Virus record (IMG/VR): IMGVR_UViG_3300010354_000046
Span: 1 to 64,000 of that record
DNA from: a virus
Reading direction: 5' to 3' (one strand)
DNA length: 64,000 nucleotides
Positions 9,798 through 19,077 of this stretch are shown here, one piece after another. The notes beneath the pieces were generated by a model. That model was not told where the DNA came from. It saw nothing but the letters and a program-made list of their open reading frames with translations, and made no database searches. Numbering within the stretch: position 1 is the stretch's first letter; each line of letters starts with the position of its first letter. The position numbers and the translations under genes were made by a program.

Positions 9798-10045
9798 TCT
9801 CTATTTTCCTGTATTCTCTTTACACCACGTTTGAACTTGCTAGGATCATTACTTTTTATGCTGTTGATAAACCGACGCTCTAGTTCGGCAGCTGTTTCGA
9901 TATCATAGTTTTCTCTAATCAATTTAATTAGGTTAACTGCACTTTCGATAATATTGGTGCCGCGACTTTCCACTATGAGATCCGTATTGCGGCTCAAGCC
10001 AATATCGCTTAATTCTTGTAGTATTGATCTAGTACTTTTACGCAT
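9794..10045 (-). CDS. Hypothetical protein
   Basis: 83 aa ORF behind TAAATA (10064). Confidence 0.7.
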   Translation of the reverse strand: MRKSTRSILQELSDIGLSRNTDLIVESRGTNIIESAVNLIKLIRENYDIETAAELERRFINSIKSNDPSKFKRGVKRIQENRE

Positions 10046-10106
10046 ATGGTTTGCTTTATATTATATTTATGGTATATTACAGTCTTTTAAAATTTAGTCA
10101 AACACA

Positions 10107-10146
10107 TTGATTTTTTGTGCGGTCGCACAATATACTAGACTAAATA
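10107..10146 (+). promoter_or_regulatory. Promoter region containing palindrome TTGTGCG-GT-CGCACAA (PhaR-box-like)
   Basis: Perfect 7-bp inverted repeat at 10115-10130 between TTGATT and TATACT; TAAATA at 10141. Confidence 0.45.
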
Positions 10147-10194
10147 CTCAGTAGAAACCATGAGTATCTACACACATACAGAGGATATCACACA

Positions 10195-10374
10195 ATGAAA
10201 ACCATATCAAACCTGATGTTAGGTATAATGGAACGCCTAGCAGAAATGTTTCCCGATAGTTCCTATCAAAGTCGCTTAGACGCATATCTAAGCACCAAAG
10301 GCATTACCGATGCCGCACAACTCGAAAATTATATACGCGAGTACAACTATTCCCACAAGGAGTCTTATCTATGA
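10195..10374 (+). CDS. DUF3563-like small protein
   Basis: Manual translation MKTISNLMLGIMERLAEMFPDSSYQSRLDAYLSTKGITDAAQLENYIREYNYSHKESYL; GAGGA RBS. Confidence 0.55.
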   Translation: MKTISNLMLGIMERLAEMFPDSSYQSRLDAYLSTKGITDAAQLENYIREYNYSHKESYL

Positions 10375-10490
10375 AATCATTTTTAAAAACACTATTTGCC
10401 ATTTGCGAAAGTATGGGTAAGGCCCGTGCTGCCACCTACTATACTAGACAAGGTGACTATGAAGCGGCTAAAAAAGTAATGCAAGATTAA
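10371..10490 (+). CDS. Small hypothetical protein
   Basis: MKSFLKTLFAICESMGKARAATYYTRQGDYEAAKKVMQD; AAGGAG RBS, ATGA overlap. Confidence 0.6.
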   Translation: MKSFLKTLFAICESMGKARAATYYTRQGDYEAAKKVMQD

Positions 10491-10555
10491 TCATAAATTA
10501 TTGTATCTTTTTAGAAAAAGATATATAATACACATATACACACAGGAGAACTAAT

Positions 10556-10840
10556 ATGTTTTTTACACCAGACTTTTTTATTGATTCATTTCAAGACACA
10601 AAACGTGTCATTACAAATCAAGTATTCAAAGATCCTACGCTAAACAAAGCAGCCAATGACTATATCAATGCACAAACAGCATTTGCTAAAATGTTGTCGC
10701 ACAATGCTATTGATCTTACCAAATACAGCGTAGAATCTATTTCAAAGGTTTTATTTCCACAACCCGTGGAAGTAACTAAAGCAGCCAGGGCTAAGGCTGC
10801 TAAACAAGCCCAAACAGACACTGACACACAAGGAGAATAA
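10556..10840 (+). CDS. Phasin-like amphipathic helical protein
   Basis: 94 aa helical protein with A/K-rich tail; AGGAG RBS; resemblance to phasins is by eye. Confidence 0.45.
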   Translation: MFFTPDFFIDSFQDTKRVITNQVFKDPTLNKAANDYINAQTAFAKMLSHNAIDLTKYSVESISKVLFPQPVEVTKAARAKAAKQAQTDTDTQGE

Positions 10841-10841
10841 T

Positions 10842-11108
10842 ATGTCTGAATTTACACCAAAACTACCAGAAGTTAAATTTAACAAGAACGGCTACGAAAT
10901 TCGTACAGATATACTAGCTATGGCTAAGGATCTTGTTCAAAGCGAGTACAGCGTTAAGTTTCAAGGTTGGGAACTTACCGCCAAGCGTGATGAGAAGACA
11001 GGACAACTTGTTTCTACAGTTGAAATGCCACAATTCCCAGGCCTAGACAAAGTTTTAGAAACAGCTGAAAAAATGTACGCTTTTGTTAATACTGGCGCTA
11101 AGAAATAA
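10842..11108 (+). CDS. Hypothetical protein
   Basis: 88 aa, AAGGAG RBS, NGYEIRTDILAMAKD motif. Confidence 0.75.
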   Translation: MSEFTPKLPEVKFNKNGYEIRTDILAMAKDLVQSEYSVKFQGWELTAKRDEKTGQLVSTVEMPQFPGLDKVLETAEKMYAFVNTGAKK

Positions 11109-11161
11109 TAGTATTGGCTAAATGCCCTATTAATCAGTTATAAACTTTATTATATATTAGG

Positions 11162-11189
11162 ACGGGCCCTACGGGGCTCGTTCGTTTTT
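11162..11189 (+). terminator. Terminator between convergent units
   Basis: ACGGGCCC-TACG-GGGCTCGT hairpin followed by Ts. Confidence 0.55.
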
Positions 11190-11589
11190 ATGCTATTGAT
11201 TCTTTCTCGAATAGCTCAGGGTGTAGTTTACCCCATTTACGCATAATAACTGCGGCTTCTGCGTTAGCTTCGTTTTCGATAGGACTGCCGTCCTTGCCGC
11301 TGTCTGACTCAATACGTCCATCCAAGTCTTGTTTGAAATGAACTAGCTCATGTGCTAGTGTACGGCACACATCCATGATGTGGCGATTCTTTACAGTAAT
11401 ACTAATGTGTTCGCCACCGTAGCCGCCAAAGCTCTTATGCTCAACACTACGTTTAGTGTCAAACATAAAGTCAAATTTAGGAAGGCTGTTTAAATCTAAA
11501 TGCTTGGCAGCAAATTCAATAAACTCTAGCAGGATACCAAACGTATCCTTTTTGCTCATTCCTTCTAATAATATCTCAGTAATTTTCAT
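11188..11589 (-). CDS. HExxH zinc-metallopeptidase-like protein
   Basis: RTLAHELVHFKQ...IENEANA; likely start MKITEILLE. Confidence 0.7.
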   Translation of the reverse strand: MKITEILLEGMSKKDTFGILLEFIEFAAKHLDLNSLPKFDFMFDTKRSVEHKSFGGYGGEHISITVKNRHIMDVCRTLAHELVHFKQDLDGRIESDSGKDGSPIENEANAEAAVIMRKWGKLHPELFEKESIA

Positions 11590-11602
11590 AATAATACTTA
11601 TC

Positions 11603-12934
11603 TTAATATATCTCTCGCCACTGCCAACCAACTCCTACGTTGGTACTTTGTGAGCCTATGTTAGTTGCTACTACTACATAAATCTCACTATCGGTGCTAT
11701 CATAGTTCTGCACGATATAATTCTTTTTAGCTTCACTAGGCAAGTTACTTGCTGGGGCACCTCCTGCTTTTTGACTGCCCTGTGTGCTAGCACCAACAAA
11801 TCCGTTGTCCATTTCATCGCCGCCTGTGAATGCTGTGCAGGTAGCGTTATATTGTACACCACTGTCATCATCAACGTCAACCCAAGTTGATCCTGTTAGT
11901 GCGGCCTGATTGGGCAGTTTGATCAAGCGCCATTTAATACTGTCACCGTCGCTGAATACCTTTAGGTTTCCAGAACGAACTATCATACGGTTAGCATAGG
12001 TCCTAAACGCTGTCTTTAATCTTATGGCCATTATGGTCAATGTTGCACCAGAGGCTATGGTTCTTAGGCTAGGGCTGATCACTGACCAGTCTTGTCCTGC
12101 TTCTACATAACCGCCTTCTGATACTACAGTAGAGCAGATTTGATCAAAGTATGCTCCTGTGGTAGTGCCTGTGTTTACAATCTCACAGCGTACAGGCAAG
12201 TTTGGTGTGCTCATATAAACTGTGGTCAAATTGTTTGAGTGATAGAACATATGGCAGGGAATAAAAGCACCGTCGTGTACAAATCCCACTGTAACAGCAC
12301 CTACACCTAGCCATTGAAACTCTATAAAGCTCAACTGTGTTTTGGTAATGTCTAGGTTAAACAGACTACCGCCTTGTCCATTACAAGTGTCAATGTTCCA
12401 GTTGGCCTGTGTTACACGATTTTCTACAGGTGCGCCTGATGTGTATGTTCTTATGACCCAACTCAGTGTTCCGTCGCCTGCTTGTTCAAAGTAGATACCA
12501 TTGTTGTCATCAAAGTAACCTGTACGTTTAGTTACGTTAGCAGTAGCCGCATAGTAGCAGAAACTTGAAAGTATCTGCTGGCTCTTGCCTGGCATGTAGT
12601 GATGATAGAACTTAGTCTGGTGGACAACACGACTGCTAGAGTTGTTGCTAGTTGTCAGTCTAGCACAGGCTTTGTTTGCCTGAAACGCCACGGTGCCACC
12701 ATTTAATGTATAGTCGATAAAGTTAGGATCTAATCCGTATAAGTGTTTGTAGTCGCCTAGGGTAAAAGGACTGCTCATACGTATACGACCAAACGCATCC
12801 GACTGTCCTACTTTGAGTGTAGTACGAAGAACAGGTTGCCCTAGAGCATTGTACTCCATGGCATGATGTAGATCGCTTAGGTTAGGTTCCCAAGGATGTT
12901 GATAGTTAGTGCTGTTTGGTAATAGGACTGGCAT
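11603..12934 (-). CDS. Putative virion structural protein (beta-rich)
   Basis: 443 aa, DAFGRIRMS motif, T/G/N-rich beta composition. Confidence 0.55.
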   Translation of the reverse strand: MPVLLPNSTNYQHPWEPNLSDLHHAMEYNALGQPVLRTTLKVGQSDAFGRIRMSSPFTLGDYKHLYGLDPNFIDYTLNGGTVAFQANKACARLTTSNNSSSRVVHQTKFYHHYMPGKSQQILSSFCYYAATANVTKRTGYFDDNNGIYFEQAGDGTLSWVIRTYTSGAPVENRVTQANWNIDTCNGQGGSLFNLDITKTQLSFIEFQWLGVGAVTVGFVHDGAFIPCHMFYHSNNLTTVYMSTPNLPVRCEIVNTGTTTGAYFDQICSTVVSEGGYVEAGQDWSVISPSLRTIASGATLTIMAIRLKTAFRTYANRMIVRSGNLKVFSDGDSIKWRLIKLPNQAALTGSTWVDVDDDSGVQYNATCTAFTGGDEMDNGFVGASTQGSQKAGGAPASNLPSEAKKNYIVQNYDSTDSEIYVVVATNIGSQSTNVGVGWQWREIY

Positions 12935-12937
12935 ATA

Positions 12938-13174
12938 TTAGGCCCAAGGTCTTCCTATTCTGAGTCCGCCTACATTAGGATTATCTACTACATCTCTAGT
13001 GTCGTTATCTCCAACAGCATAACGTGTTGGTAGTTGTGTAGCATCTGCACTTGTATCTACATAGCGGCCTGGTTGTATGACATTTTGTGCTGCACGATCA
13101 TTGCCAGCTAATGTTAGTTTAGCATCTTGTCTAGCACGTTTAGTAGATAATGTTGAAATACCGTTAGCTGCCAT
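12938..13174 (-). CDS. Hypothetical protein
   Basis: 78 aa MAANGISTL..., GGGAG RBS. Confidence 0.7.
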   Translation of the reverse strand: MAANGISTLSTKRARQDAKLTLAGNDRAAQNVIQPGRYVDTSADATQLPTRYAVGDNDTRDVVDNPNVGGLRIGRPWA

Positions 13175-13175
13175 A

Positions 13176-13532
13176 TTATTCTCCCTTAGCTAAGAAGTTA
13201 GGGTACATGCTAATGCTGTTTGATTTAATATCTGCTGGGTGTTTGGGGTTGTTAACGCCGCCGCCGGCTGCTGTAGTAACAGCATCTATATCTGCATACT
13301 TTTCATTAGGACTATTTGAGAACGGACTTAGTTCGCCTTCGTCGCTGGCCAAGTCTACTATTTGTTTAAATCTGCGAATGTCATCTCCGGCACACCCTGG
13401 CTCGTCTGCGACTTCTGGAGTATCTGCAATAGGTGTAGATCCTATAGCGATTGATACAGTAGGAGCAGATTCTCCCCCTTCTACGGTGTCAATTAGGTCT
13501 AAAATACTCCTAATAATTTCATTAGCTCTCAT
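13176..13532 (-). CDS. Hypothetical acidic protein (MRANEII N-terminus)
   Basis: Start at 13532 with AGGA RBS and TAAATA at 13552. Confidence 0.65.
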   Translation of the reverse strand: MRANEIIRSILDLIDTVEGGESAPTVSIAIGSTPIADTPEVADEPGCAGDDIRRFKQIVDLASDEGELSPFSNSPNEKYADIDAVTTAAGGGVNNPKHPADIKSNSISMYPNFLAKGE

Positions 13533-13574
13533 AATAATTCCTGGTATGCTATATTTAGTGTTAAATAACAGACT

Positions 13575-14774
13575 ATGATTGACAAACAACCCTTCCAAGA
13601 TTTAATAAACGAACTCAAATCCAACGGAAAATATCGTGTGTTTAACGATATTGTACGCGAAAGCGGCAAATTTCCACAGGCTATATGGTATGGCCCGTAT
13701 GCAATTAAGAACATCGTTAATTGGTGCTCTAACGATTACTTAGGAATGGGTCAGCACAAAGTTGTCATAGACGCAATGCACACGGCTCTGGACCATACAG
13801 GAACAGGATCGGGTGGAACTAGAAATATCGGTGGTACGAGCCATTACCATGTAGCCTTGGAACACGAACTAGCTACACTACATAAAAAAGAAAAAGCACT
13901 ATTATTCAGTAGTGCTTATGTAGCTAATGAGTGGACACTTATTGCACTTAGCAAAATCATACCTAATATACATTTTGTAAGTGATAGCAAAAATCATAAC
14001 AGTTTGATAGTAGGTATGAATCATAGTCGTGCTCCAAAGAGTGTGTTCAAACACAACGATATGACCATGTTAGAAGAAATGTTGCAGGCAGTTAAGTCTG
14101 CTGGAGACATACCTTGTATTGTATTTGAAAGTGTTTACTCAATGGACGGAGATGTTGGGCACATTAAAGACATTTGCGACTTAGCTGACAAATATAATGC
14201 CATAACATATATTGACGAAGTACATGCTGTTGGTTTATATGGCCTCCGGGGCGGTGGCAAAGTAGAAGAACTTGGGCTAGAAAATAGAATTGATATAATC
14301 AATGGTACGCTTGGGAAAGCATACGGAACTCAGGGCGGGTATATTGCAAGCGATAGCATTGTAGTCGATGCTATTAGAAGTATTGCAGCCGGATTTATCT
14401 TTACTACCAGCATGAGTCCTGTAACTTGTGCAGGAGCAATGGCTGCTGTCAAGTATCTTAAAGAGCACAACGAACTAAGAGAGTTGCATCAAGACAGAGC
14501 TAAGAAATTAAAATCCGAACTTACCCGTGCAGGTCTACCAGTAATGGATTGCAGTACTACACACATTGTTCCTGTTCTCGTAGGGGAAGCAAAACGTTGT
14601 AAACGAATGAGTGACGAATTGCTTAATGAGTTTGGCATCTATGTGCAGCCTATTAATTATCCAACAGTTGATGTTGGTACTGAAAGATTACGCTTTGCCC
14701 CAACTCCGTTTCATGACGACGGGATGATTGAAGACTTAGTTAACGCACTAAAATTTGTTTTTAGTAAAGACTGA
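13575..14774 (+). CDS. hemA: 5-aminolevulinate synthase (PLP-dependent)
   Basis: [70 protein letters not shown]. Confidence 0.95.
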   Translation: MIDKQPFQDLINELKSNGKYRVFNDIVRESGKFPQAIWYGPYAIKNIVNWCSNDYLGMGQHKVVIDAMHTALDHTGTGSGGTRNIGGTSHYHVALEHELATLHKKEKALLFSSAYVANEWTLIALSKIIPNIHFVSDSKNHNSLIVGMNHSRAPKSVFKHNDMTMLEEMLQAVKSAGDIPCIVFESVYSMDGDVGHIKDICDLADKYNAITYIDEVHAVGLYGLRGGGKVEELGLENRIDIINGTLGKAYGTQGGYIASDSIVVDAIRSIAAGFIFTTSMSPVTCAGAMAAVKYLKEHNELRELHQDRAKKLKSELTRAGLPVMDCSTTHIVPVLVGEAKRCKRMSDELLNEFGIYVQPINYPTVDVGTERLRFAPTPFHDDGMIEDLVNALKFVFSKD

Positions 14775-14988
14775 TTAACTGTGTTACACCAAAAACTAAT
14801 GCTGCTCGCATTTGTTGATTAGTAGCTTCGCTATCTAGTTTATCAGTAGCAATTAAGTCTGCCAAAAGTTCTTTTGCTTCGCTTGGGCTTAATTGTCCTG
14901 CTCCCACTGCTTCGTGAATTTGTAGTGCATAACGGGCACGTTCAGCTGCCCATGGTTCACCTGCATTTGTAATTTCAAATAAGTTCAT
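14761..14988 (-). CDS. Hypothetical protein
   Basis: 75 aa ORF directly after the lipoprotein gene. Confidence 0.65.
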   Translation of the reverse strand: MNLFEITNAGEPWAAERARYALQIHEAVGAGQLSPSEAKELLADLIATDKLDSEATNQQMRAALVFGVTQLISLY

Positions 14989-15372
14989 TTAGAATCTCCC
15001 TTGGACAGAACCTGCTAGTATGTCAGCTTGTTGTTTGAGCAGTTTAAGTTTCAAATCACAATAAAGAGGACTAACTGGTCCTTTCTTTAGACGTTCTTGA
15101 TACTCTTGTATTGTTGAAATAATAGTTGCATTTAGTTTACTAATATCTCTTGTAGGCTTCGTCTTTGAATAGATATCAAACCATTCAATACTTTTAGCTA
15201 ATTCATTTAACTGTGCAACTTGATCAGCTTTACAATCAAAATGTCTAGTCTGCTGTTGTATATCAGTAATTACTTTGGCTTGGTTAACATCCCAACGGCT
15301 GGGCATCCATTCCATAACAGTACTGCAACCTGTTAGCATGACTAACGATAAAACTACTAGAATTTTTTTCAT
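14989..15372 (-). CDS. Lipoprotein
   Basis: MKKILVVLSLVMLTG-C lipobox. Confidence 0.75.
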   Translation of the reverse strand: MKKILVVLSLVMLTGCSTVMEWMPSRWDVNQAKVITDIQQQTRHFDCKADQVAQLNELAKSIEWFDIYSKTKPTRDISKLNATIISTIQEYQERLKKGPVSPLYCDLKLKLLKQQADILAGSVQGRF

Positions 15373-16025
15373 TTTTTCTTCCCGCTTTTCATGTTAGCCA
15401 TCCAATGTGCTAGTTGTCCTCTACGACCGCCTTGCTTGGCTATCTTACGCAGAGAACTTATGCTGCCCTTAGTTGGTACATTATATCTTTTACTGTCACC
15501 TTTGTCCTGTGGATTACGTCCATCGGCAAAGTTTTCATTTAAGAATGTGTCGGCAAATTTGCCACACATTTCTCTTATGGAACTGTTAGCAGTTTCCATA
15601 ATGTTATATTCTCTTTGTTCTTCGTGTTGTGTAGGATCCATAAAGCCTGCATAGACTTTTTTAATTCCGCATTGATTGATTAAATCTGTGCAACTTTCTC
15701 CATATCGTTCGTCCATGTGTTCACTACAAGGACTGCATGTTGTAATGCAAATACTGCCTTCTGGAATGTTTCCATACTTTTTAGTATAGTTGTCTATGGC
15801 AACACGTTCTGCATGTCTACGTGTATTGTTAGGACCTGGTAAGTTTATTCCTGGAACAAAGTTGTTGTCGGGATCTAATATACCGGCAGCTACCATACCA
15901 AATTTTTCTTTATCAGTCTTTTGTCCGTTAACTATTAAATTACACAACTTATGCAAATAAGTGTCTAACTTTTCGTAACTGTGTATTTCGTCCTCCGACG
16001 ATTCTAATAGTTCATTGACTTTCAT
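15369..16025 (-). CDS. Cytidine/dCMP/RibD-type zinc deaminase
   Basis: HAE and SPCSE...C motifs; start MKVNELLES; basic C-terminal extension. Confidence 0.75.
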   Translation of the reverse strand: MKVNELLESSEDEIHSYEKLDTYLHKLCNLIVNGQKTDKEKFGMVAAGILDPDNNFVPGINLPGPNNTRRHAERVAIDNYTKKYGNIPEGSICITTCSPCSEHMDERYGESCTDLINQCGIKKVYAGFMDPTQHEEQREYNIMETANSSIREMCGKFADTFLNENFADGRNPQDKGDSKRYNVPTKGSISSLRKIAKQGGRRGQLAHWMANMKSGKKK

Positions 16026-16090
16026 GATCTTCGTAATAAGGTAGTCCGGACACACCGCAGCCGTATCTAGCTAGCCCTTCGATAAAATCG

Positions 16091-16177
16091 TTACACAGGG
16101 CTATAAGGATTCCTAGGACGATCCCATTCTCCTTCTTGTTCTGGATAAACTGGATATTCATTATTTCTTTCGCTCAT
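16091..16177 (-). CDS. Possible 28-aa peptide
   Basis: MSERNNEYPVYPEQEGEWDRPRNPYSPV, coupled to the upstream stop (TAATG). Confidence 0.35.
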   Translation of the reverse strand: MSERNNEYPVYPEQEGEWDRPRNPYSPV

Positions 16178-16611
16178 TATTGACACCAACTTTGCTTTGC
16201 TTCGCCAAAGTACTCTCTAGCAAACCCATTGCGAATTAATTCGGCACGTAGACTAACACCATTTAAAATGATATCTCCCAATACACGACCACCGAACTTA
16301 TCCCATCCGTAGAGAATGACTTGATGTTTTTGTGTAGTTGCAACTGCATTTTTAGTGAAAGCGGTTGCGGCTTGGCCTCGCTGATCTTCGCTAGGGCACT
16401 GGGCACGGAATCCTTTTTCAGGTGTGTCAACTCCGTAAACTCGAACCGCGAGTTCGGGCTTAAGGGGTGCTGGTAGAAAGGGGGCAGCAATTACAACAGT
16501 ATCGCCGTCGTTGACACGTACGATCTTTGCATCATATGTTACCCCTTGTGGTGTTTTTTGTGCAAAAGCCAATGCTGGAAGCAAGGCCAGTAAAACTAAT
16601 AGTTTTTTCAT
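16177..16611 (-). CDS. Thermonuclease (SNase) family protein with signal peptide
   Basis: RVNDGDT, VRVYGVDTPE, DKFGGRVLG, LIRNGFAREY. Confidence 0.9.
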   Translation of the reverse strand: MKKLLVLLALLPALAFAQKTPQGVTYDAKIVRVNDGDTVVIAAPFLPAPLKPELAVRVYGVDTPEKGFRAQCPSEDQRGQAATAFTKNAVATTQKHQVILYGWDKFGGRVLGDIILNGVSLRAELIRNGFAREYFGEAKQSWCQ

Positions 16612-16640
16612 GTAACTAACTCCGTTCAGAGTATTTACCT

Positions 16641-17060
16641 TTAAAAGCTATTATTAAACCAACCTACTTTCTTACCATCAGCTATACGCTGATCGTATGC
16701 TTCTACTGAGCTTGGGAATCTCCAAGCCCAGATAGCAACCAGCGCCATAAAAATACCTGTATAGATTACACCGCGTAGAGGAACGCCTCCACCAATCATT
16801 AGCATTAAACTAACACTCATACTAGCCAGCATGAAAAATTTTAATTTTAGCGGGAACACACGTTTTTGATTCCAGTTTGTAATAAATGGTCCAAATGTTT
16901 TATGGTTCATAATCCAAGAATGCATGCGTGGACTGCTCTTTGCAAAGCAATAGGCTGCAAATACAACAAAAGGGCTATAAGGAAGCCCTGGAGTTATTAA
17001 ACCTATGTAAGCCATTCCAAGGCTGGCAAAACCTAAAATTTTCCAAAAAAAGTTTTTCAT
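16641..17060 (-). CDS. ybaN: YbaN/DUF454 inner-membrane protein
   Basis: IGLITPGLPYSPFVVFAAYCFAKSSPRMHSWI...FGPFI. Confidence 0.85.
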   Translation of the reverse strand: MKNFFWKILGFASLGMAYIGLITPGLPYSPFVVFAAYCFAKSSPRMHSWIMNHKTFGPFITNWNQKRVFPLKLKFFMLASMSVSLMLMIGGGVPLRGVIYTGIFMALVAIWAWRFPSSVEAYDQRIADGKKVGWFNNSF

Positions 17061-17941
17061 TATAATCCCCAACTATTTTCACTTTTCTTGGCTAGCAAAT
17101 CAAACCCGTTCTTACATAAAATGTAAGGACATACTTTTGGTTTAGTGTCTATCTCGATACGACTTTCAAATACGTTACCAATGCTGCCATGAGCATGGCA
17201 CCATCCTCGATAAGCATATCCAAAATAATCAATTACTATTTGGTCTATACCAGCCCAGCACAAGTGTCCTTTGTAGTTATTATATAGTCTTTTTTCTACC
17301 CATTGTATTTGGGTTTCGACAGGGTCTTCTTTTGGAGGATGTATGTTATTAACTCTTGTGTAATAATCCCACTGATCTTTGTTATAATCAAAGAATTTGT
17401 TGTTGCCCTTTTCGTGATTAGCATACAATGCTTTAAATTGTATAGGCTCGTGCTTGAATAATTCGTACATATTTACAGCATCTTGCCAACGTGATTGTTT
17501 TGGGTGTGCGTTGATTATAATAGAGTATTCAATTCCGCTATTTTTAACAATCGATACAACCTGTTTAAAATGTTCAGGACTACAATATTCTGGATGGTAA
17601 GCAATAAACACACCTACTAGGTTTTTAACAGCTTTGTTCCACCAATCTAAACTTTGACTAGCATTTGTAGTCAATACATACCTGAATCGGTTGTTTGGAT
17701 TAGCTATTGCATCGCGAACTGGGTCGCAATTTGTAGGCTCGCCGCCTTGGAATTCTATGACGATTAAGTCGTGAGATACTGATTCGGATAAATTGGTTAT
17801 CGCTGTAAGAAATTTCTCGTGAGATAAGAAAGGATTACTGCCATCGTGGTAATTATGATGGCAGTAATCGCACTTGTAATCGCATTGATTACCTATTTGC
17901 CATTGTACGGCCAGTTTAGTTAGACTAGGAACTGTAGCCAC
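17060..17941 (-). CDS. Radical SAM protein with C-terminal SPASM/twitch-like cysteines
   Basis: CDYKCDYC, FQGGEPT, LTTN, CWAG...C...C. Confidence 0.85.
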   Translation of the reverse strand: MATVPSLTKLAVQWQIGNQCDYKCDYCHHNYHDGSNPFLSHEKFLTAITNLSESVSHDLIVIEFQGGEPTNCDPVRDAIANPNNRFRYVLTTNASQSLDWWNKAVKNLVGVFIAYHPEYCSPEHFKQVVSIVKNSGIEYSIIINAHPKQSRWQDAVNMYELFKHEPIQFKALYANHEKGNNKFFDYNKDQWDYYTRVNNIHPPKEDPVETQIQWVEKRLYNNYKGHLCWAGIDQIVIDYFGYAYRGWCHAHGSIGNVFESRIEIDTKPKVCPYILCKNGFDLLAKKSENSWGL

Positions 17942-18432
17942 TCGTCATACCTGACTTGTAGGCCTTGTTGTTTGCGCTTGTTAACTAATTCAAAATAGTC
18001 TGGTTTGTAAGGCTTGAACTTAGGCCGTATTTTCTTGTTATTGCCTTTACTTGCATTGCAAGGGCCACAAGCCGTAACACAGTTTTCAAATGTAGTCTTA
18101 CCACCGTGACTGGTAGGCAGCACGTGATCGAGAGTACATTCTTTCTTTTGCAGATCTGTGTTACAATATGCACAATGGTAATTGTCTCGTAGGAATACAT
18201 TACTCTTACTAAATCTTACAGATGTTTTTGGTTTCATGTATTCACGTAGCATCATAACGCTAGGAACTTGCGTTTCCCACTTGGCTGAATGCACAACCCA
18301 ACCTTCGTGATAAAGCAGTACATCGGCTTTGTCCAAAACCATGTACTTGATGGCGTCTTCCCACGTTAATGTACTGAGTGGCATGTAACTTACAGGCATG
18401 CCGTCTGCATTGAGCAGTAGAGTAGCTGACAC
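17920..18432 (-). CDS. HNH endonuclease
   Basis: LRDNYHCAYC, TLDHVLP.S.GG...NCVTACGPCNASK. Confidence 0.92.
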   Translation of the reverse strand: MSATLLLNADGMPVSYMPLSTLTWEDAIKYMVLDKADVLLYHEGWVVHSAKWETQVPSVMMLREYMKPKTSVRFSKSNVFLRDNYHCAYCNTDLQKKECTLDHVLPTSHGGKTTFENCVTACGPCNASKGNNKKIRPKFKPYKPDYFELVNKRKQQGLQVRYDEWLQFLV

Positions 18433-18482
18433 TTCGAACCTCTTTTAGTTGTGTTTACAGACCCAACCATTGGAAAGTGTAT

Positions 18483-18511
18483 AGTATACACTCAATATAT
18501 ACTTATGTCAA
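18483..18511 (-). promoter_or_regulatory. sigma70-like promoter
   Basis: TTGACA-17-TATACT on the minus strand. Confidence 0.6.
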
Positions 18512-18514
18512 TTC

Positions 18515-19063
18515 TTATGCGAAGAAACTTTGGGCAAATTCCAAACCAGATTTGTCCAAACTGGAAGTCCACTGATCGTTGTTATCTGTCCCAAAAACTG
18601 AATCAGCATCTGCTTTGGCTAGGCACCATGCAGTTTCTTGTTTCCAAGGATGCTCACCTTTGATTTCGCCTTCTAATTGATTTTGGCCCCATCCACAAAG
18701 TCCTAACATTAGACGCCATTTTCTTGGCAAATCTCCCATAGCCATTCTTGGCAGTATTTCATCCGAACTACTTAAAGAAAGCTCGTCGTTGATCTTGATC
18801 ATATTTTTGCTAACCCAATCATTGGTGTGTATAAACGTTAAACTTTTAACATTAACTGGGCCACCAAGGTAAACAAATCCAGGTATATCTATCTTGTATC
18901 CTAGCTGTTCACCAAACTCTGTAAGAGTCATTTGACTGCGTTTGTTTAGTACAAAACCTACGCTGCCGTGGGGATAGTTCTCTGTAACTAAGATTACAGT
19001 TTTTTGCCAGAAGTTGCCTTTAACTGCTGGAGGCGCTATTAATAATTTTCCTACTAAACTCAT
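18515..19063 (-). CDS. yqgE: YqgE/AlgH family protein (DUF179)
   Basis: GKLLIAPP, GFVLNK, VYLGGPV, GLCGWGQNQLEGEI. Confidence 0.85.
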   Translation of the reverse strand: MSLVGKLLIAPPAVKGNFWQKTVILVTENYPHGSVGFVLNKRSQMTLTEFGEQLGYKIDIPGFVYLGGPVNVKSLTFIHTNDWVSKNMIKINDELSLSSSDEILPRMAMGDLPRKWRLMLGLCGWGQNQLEGEIKGEHPWKQETAWCLAKADADSVFGTDNNDQWTSSLDKSGLEFAQSFFA

Positions 19064-19077
19064 GAAGATATTTAGTG

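Noticed and set aside
15360-15385. A-rich end of the deaminase gene (GKKK*) as a second frameshift site
   Set aside because: The next gene has its own ATG in an ATGA overlap and an N-terminal lipoprotein signal; no clear stimulatory hairpin.
17920-18432. HNH gene (and GIY-YIG at 37729) as intron-encoded homing elements
   Set aside because: Both are free-standing with their own promoters; no interrupted host gene or intron structure is seen.
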